Origin: a virus
Taxonomy: Duplodnaviria > Heunggongvirae > Uroviricota > Caudoviricetes
Reading direction: 5' to 3' (one strand)
IMG/VR virus record: IMGVR_UViG_3300039452_000031
DNA length: 64,000 bases
The notes under the pieces were generated by a model, which worked only from the letters and a program-made list of their open reading frames with translations, searched no databases and had not been told where the DNA came from. The position numbers and the translations under genes are program-made. Shown here piece after piece: positions 60,483 through 64,000 of this stretch; the first letter of the stretch is position 1; every line of letters begins with the position of its first letter.

Positions 60483-61429
60483 GTGCTTCAGCCTACCAGC
60501 ATTCAGAGGTTTTCGCCCAACTGAAGAATGTCAAGGAAGTCATTCAAGGTAACCTCACAACTCACCAGTACCTTGCAACCTTGGATTACTTCCTGGACAA
60601 CGCGGTCGCGCCAATCTTGACGGCTTATCCTGGTCTGGTCGACAACTACATGGCAAAGATTGTGGCTTGGCAGTCGCATCGACCACAAGTCAAGTTCTCG
60701 CGTGAGGACAAGGCTCATTTATCAGTTCACCTATTCAACGCCTTGACCACGTCAGGTAAGGTGAAGCGCGAGCACTTCCGAGTCATGATGTTTAATCGCG
60801 GCATCCTGTTTGGGCTCCTATCTGTTTTTCAACGGCAGGTCGCTGAGTACAAGAAACTTCATGACCCTTTGCTGAAGATCAAGAACCGCAGGCGCCGTCT
60901 TCTCCTCCGCAAGGCAGAACTTCGCACAGGTTCGGCCTACCTATACGCTGCGATATCGGAGAGCGAATACTGGGCATCCAAAGCCTACCGCTTCAAGGAA
61001 CTTATCATCCAGAAGTACACGCGGACTACTCTCATGAATGCCAAGTCGGCCTATGAAGAAGTTGGTTACGCGGTACCCCTGAACGATGTGATCCAAATCT
61101 ACTTGACCTTTCTGGTCAAGGCGATTGACAGGTGTCACTCACAGAAGGGAGTGCTCACCACCTTCGTCCAGAACTGGTTCTATTCTGCTAAGGCGGCTGT
61201 TATGAAAGCTGCCGTGGAGGAAAGAACTGTAAATGGAGGAGACGAACTGCTAGAGACCGTTGAGCACGCTATCGGACCCTCAACTGAGTATGAGGCCGTG
61301 CAGTATCTGTGCGCTACTGCAAAGCGTTTGGACCCCGAAGGTACCCTTCGGTTCGGTCTCGGCATCCCTGAGCACTTCTCGTCCTCCGATCTTAGAAAGA
61401 TCGCAATGTTCATAACCCCGGAGAAATAA
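60470..61429 (+). CDS. sigma-70 region-2-like protein (candidate phage sigma factor)
   Basis: KELIIQKYTRTTLMNAKSAYEEVGYAVPLNDVIQIYLTFLVKAIDRCHSQKGVLTTFVQNWFYSAKAAVMKA aligns in pattern with sigma region 2.1-2.3 (ELI..NLRLVv.IAKrY...g....DLIQEGN.GLmkAV.KFd..rG.kFSTYA.WWIRQAI). The start may be ATG 60479 (ATGA overlap). Confidence 0.4.
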   Translation: MGGMSASAYQHSEVFAQLKNVKEVIQGNLTTHQYLATLDYFLDNAVAPILTAYPGLVDNYMAKIVAWQSHRPQVKFSREDKAHLSVHLFNALTTSGKVKREHFRVMMFNRGILFGLLSVFQRQVAEYKKLHDPLLKIKNRRRRLLLRKAELRTGSAYLYAAISESEYWASKAYRFKELIIQKYTRTTLMNAKSAYEEVGYAVPLNDVIQIYLTFLVKAIDRCHSQKGVLTTFVQNWFYSAKAAVMKAAVEERTVNGGDELLETVEHAIGPSTEYEAVQYLCATAKRLDPEGTLRFGLGIPEHFSSSDLRKIAMFITPEK

Positions 61430-61430
61430 G

Positions 61431-62996
61431 ATGGATGATTTGGATAGCGTGCGTGCAGGCGGACGCAAAGAACGGGAGCCGGACATCGGGTCCCTCACCG
61501 ACGTATACAAGTTCCCTGAAGGTAAGTGGGTAACTCTCCGACTTCTCCCTGGCGTGGTCTCCAACGCCGGCTATTGGGTCTCGACCAAGAAGAAGGACGG
61601 CGGTAAAACCAAGTTCAGGACGAACTGCCCTTCCTACGATCCTGCCACTCAGGAACGTGACAGTACCAAGTACGACCCGTGGCGAGACCTTCAGGCCAAG
61701 GAATCCCAAGCCGTCAAGGACGGGGACTTGGATGTGAAGGCGACTCATGTTCAGTATGAGCAGAAGTATTTCATGAACGCCATCATCCGGGCTTTGGTCA
61801 AGGACGAGCCGGCGCGCAAACCCAAGCACACGGCCAATGAGCGTAAGGCCGGTTTCAAGGAAAAGGACAGCGACAGCTGGACGCCAATCAAGGTCGTTCG
61901 CCTTGGCCGAAGCCTGGTCAACAAGATCAAGGACTTGAAGGGCCTCAACATCGTTGAGGGTTCCAAGGGTGCCAAAGCCTTCCCGGTGACGGACGCAAAG
62001 TATGGCCGAGACATTCGAGTCATGTTTGACAGCTCGAAGGCTCCGGCAGAGCAGTATCAGGTGCAGCTGGGAGACAAGCGCTCCCCGCTGACTGAAGAGG
62101 AACTCGAATATCTCAAGTGGGATATCGAGACCGCAAACACCCAAAAGGAAATGTCGGAGGACGAGGTTCGTGCCGACTTTACCAGCTGGGCAACCCGCAA
62201 CAACGTGAAGGTGGCTATGAACAAGAAGGGCAAGGGTCGTACCGAAGAGGACGAGGACGAGGACTTCGACGACGAAGACGAAGACGAGGCTCCCAAGAAG
62301 AAAAAGGCACCGGCCAAGAAGACGGCAGTGAAGTCGAAGAAGTTCAAGGATGAGGACGAGGACGACGAAAATTTCGATGACGAGGACGAAGAGGACGAAG
62401 AGGAAGCTCCTAAGAAGTCCAAGAAGCCTGCGCCTAAGAAGGCCGCCCCCAAGTCCAAGAAGTCGCGTGATGAGGACGAGGAGGATGAAGAAGACGAGGA
62501 TGAGGATTTCGATGACGAGGATGAAGAAGACGAGGATAAGGCTCCCCGTAAGAAGTCCAAGAAGCCTGTAAAGAAGGCTCCGGCCAAGAAGCGTCGTCCG
62601 TCCGATGATGAAGAGGAAGACGACGAGGACGAAGAAGAGGACGATGAGCCTCCGAAGAAGTCCAAGAAGACGCCGGTGAAGAAGGTTACCTCCAAGTCGA
62701 AGTCCGATGACGAAGATGAGGAAGACGACTTCGACGATGAGGATGAAGAAGACGAGGACGAGGCTCCCCGTAAGAAGTCGGCCTCTAAATCCAAGAAGGC
62801 GCCGGCGAAGAAGTCCAAGTCGGATGACGACGATGAAGATGACTTCGACGACGAGGACGAAGAGGAAGACGAAGAGGACGATGAGCCTCCGAAGAAGTCG
62901 ACCAAGAAGCCTGTCAAGAAGGCCCCGGCCAAGAAGAGTAGCAAGCGCTCTAAGGACGAGGACGACGAGGACGACTTCGATGATGAAGACGACTGA
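61431..62996 (+). CDS. repeat protein: globular N-domain plus about 9 tandem acidic(D/E)-basic(KKSKKPxKKAPAKK) units
   Basis: Units such as EDEDEDFDDEDEEDEEEAPKKSKKPAPKKAAPKSKKS recur from about residue 270 to the end. Confidence 0.6.
   Translation: MDDLDSVRAGGRKEREPDIGSLTDVYKFPEGKWVTLRLLPGVVSNAGYWVSTKKKDGGKTKFRTNCPSYDPATQERDSTKYDPWRDLQAKESQAVKDGDLDVKATHVQYEQKYFMNAIIRALVKDEPARKPKHTANERKAGFKEKDSDSWTPIKVVRLGRSLVNKIKDLKGLNIVEGSKGAKAFPVTDAKYGRDIRVMFDSSKAPAEQYQVQLGDKRSPLTEEELEYLKWDIETANTQKEMSEDEVRADFTSWATRNNVKVAMNKKGKGRTEEDEDEDFDDEDEDEAPKKKKAPAKKTAVKSKKFKDEDEDDENFDDEDEEDEEEAPKKSKKPAPKKAAPKSKKSRDEDEEDEEDEDEDFDDEDEEDEDKAPRKKSKKPVKKAPAKKRRPSDDEEEDDEDEEEDDEPPKKSKKTPVKKVTSKSKSDDEDEEDDFDDEDEEDEDEAPRKKSASKSKKAPAKKSKSDDDDEDDFDDEDEEEDEEDDEPPKKSTKKPVKKAPAKKSSKRSKDEDDEDDFDDEDD
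62200..62990 (+). repeat. coding tandem repeats (~120-nt units of GAR-rich acidic block plus AAG-rich basic block)
   Basis: Repeated gaggacga/gaagaggaag blocks alternate with aagaagtccaagaagcc blocks. Confidence 0.55.
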
Positions 62997-63015
62997 CCGC
63001 TAGTCGTGCCTTAAC

Positions 63016-63057
63016 AGGGGCCAGATGGGTTCGCGCCCTCTGGCCCCTTTTCGTTTT
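63016..63057 (+). terminator. rho-independent terminator
   Basis: AGGGGCCAGA(N13)TCTGGCCCCT followed by TTTCGTTTT. Confidence 0.8.
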
Positions 63058-63074
63058 CGACCAGGAATTAAACA

Positions 63075-64000
63075 ATGGTAACCAAAGCAACAAAGAAGGC
63101 TCCAGCTCCGAAGGCTGTGTCTACCCGGAGAGCTAAATCCCGTGATGGTGCTGTCGAAATTTTCGACCATCAAAGCCTTTTGGATGACTCGCTGGACGAA
63201 ATCTCTCGGCGTCAGGGCGTTGATACCGACGTCATGGACGTATTCAAGGCACTGAGCACCGGGTTGCTTGCGCTTGATATCCTAACCGGTGGCATCAAGC
63301 CTGCAATGTACACCTCAGCAGGCTTCGAACAAGGTGGTAAGACCACTGGTGCCCTTGCCCTTATGGCCGCCGCAGTGGTGCAGGATGTGCCCATGATTGC
63401 CTTTTTCGACTATGAAGGCAGTACGGCCAACTCCCTTGGATATGTGGCCAATGTCTTGCGAACCTTCGGTGTCAAGATCCCTCCCAAGGATTTGTTTGGT
63501 CGTAAAGATCCCTCCACGGGTAAGTGGATTGTCAAGCCTCGCGTTCGATATGTGCCTGAAACTCGTGGTGAGAAGTTCTACGACTGGTTGTCAGCAGTTC
63601 TGCGAGACATGCCGGACAAGAAGTACGTGGCCGGCAACTGGTGGCTGGTCTACGACGAGGGCAACAAGCGCCATAAGGCTGCGGTCGGCGAGTTCGCTGA
63701 TCGGGAAATGGCTCGCAAGTACGGCAAGGGGCTTTGGATTAGGGCTAAGAACGGTGGCCTAGAAGGCCTGGTTTTGGTTGATTCCTATCCGGCAATGAAC
63801 CCTGAAGCCAACGATGATGAGGAAGCCAATAACAGCCTGGGCCTGCATGCCCGATTCTTTGCCAAGCATCTGCCTCGGGTGAAGGGCCGCCTAGCTCAGA
63901 AGATGGTGGCAATCGTGGGCGTCAATCAGTTGCGCGAAGTTCCGATGGCCATGTACGGTCCTAAGGAGAAGGAAGCGTGCGGTCAGGCACTCCGTTTCAA
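63075..64000 (+). CDS. RecA/UvsX-family recombinase (3'-truncated by window end)
   Basis: Walker A AGFEQGGKTTGALALMAAA. LVLVDSYPAM parallels RecA LIVVDSVAAL. GVNQLRE..MAMYGPKE.EACGQALRF parallels RecA FINQIR...GVMFGNPETTTGGNALKF. The ORF is open to position 64000. Confidence 0.65.
   Translation, partial: MVTKATKKAPAPKAVSTRRAKSRDGAVEIFDHQSLLDDSLDEISRRQGVDTDVMDVFKALSTGLLALDILTGGIKPAMYTSAGFEQGGKTTGALALMAAAVVQDVPMIAFFDYEGSTANSLGYVANVLRTFGVKIPPKDLFGRKDPSTGKWIVKPRVRYVPETRGEKFYDWLSAVLRDMPDKKYVAGNWWLVYDEGNKRHKAAVGEFADREMARKYGKGLWIRAKNGGLEGLVLVDSYPAMNPEANDDEEANNSLGLHARFFAKHLPRVKGRLAQKMVAIVGVNQLREVPMAMYGPKEKEACGQALRF

Noticed and set aside
61410-62144. 244-aa - strand ORF
   Set aside because: Fully embedded antisense to the repeat-protein gene. 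It has no RBS and is typical of high-GC spurious ORFs.
62057-62944. 295-aa - strand ORF (poly-Ser)
   Set aside because: Mirror image of the GAR/AAG tandem repeats in the 61431..62996 gene.
1-64000. CRISPR arrays, integrase/attachment sites, transposases
   Set aside because: No spaced direct-repeat arrays, no tyrosine/serine recombinase motifs, and no IS-like inverted terminal repeats were seen. The tandem repeats present are all in-frame coding repeats.

Overview
This window reads as a 64-kb segment of a large dsDNA bacteriophage genome. GC content is roughly 55-58%, judged by eye from sampled lines. Almost every credible gene lies on the + strand, tightly packed with ATGA and TGATCATG start/stop overlaps. 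I can support about 105 CDS, six tRNAs, several rho-independent terminators and two families of promoter-like elements.

Recognisable functions include:
- an NAD-type DNA ligase;
- an RtcB RNA ligase;
- T4-like two-subunit type II topoisomerase (GyrB-like and GyrA-like);
- an HNH endonuclease;
- a RecA-family recombinase, cut off by the window end;
- a sigma-70-region-2-like protein;
- a GNAT acetyltransferase;
- a PAS-GGDEF-EAL protein followed by an HDOD protein (a c-di-GMP module);
- a SpoT/Mesh1-type HD (p)ppGpp hydrolase;
- a PF10127-like nucleotidyltransferase;
- two tandem HAD phosphatases;
- an HslV/proteasome-like Ntn peptidase next to a GroES/gp31-like co-chaperonin;
- an acyl-carrier-protein-like gene;
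- a set of histone-H1-like (KAAK-rich) and poly-acidic proteins.

The six tRNAs are Ser-TGA, Met-CAT, Arg-TCT, Leu-TAG, Gly-TCC and Arg-CCT.

The most striking feature is a circularly permuted, two-piece tmRNA gene:
- The acceptor piece ends in CCA at 48008.
- A ~70-nt linker follows.
- The coding piece starts GGGGCTG at 48081.
- A G3:U70 pair, pseudoknot 1 and a tag ORF reading AANDSSFDQRLAA are all present.

A 12-mer, AAACTGTAAACA, recurs six times, 50-150 nt upstream of gene starts. Each copy is followed at once by a hairpin. I read it as a phage-specific, probably late, promoter, possibly served by the phage sigma-like protein.

A second class of host-type promoters carries an extended -10 (TGCTATACT or TGCTATAAT) and operator-like palindromes.

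All of this is read by eye from the sequence. No database searches were run.
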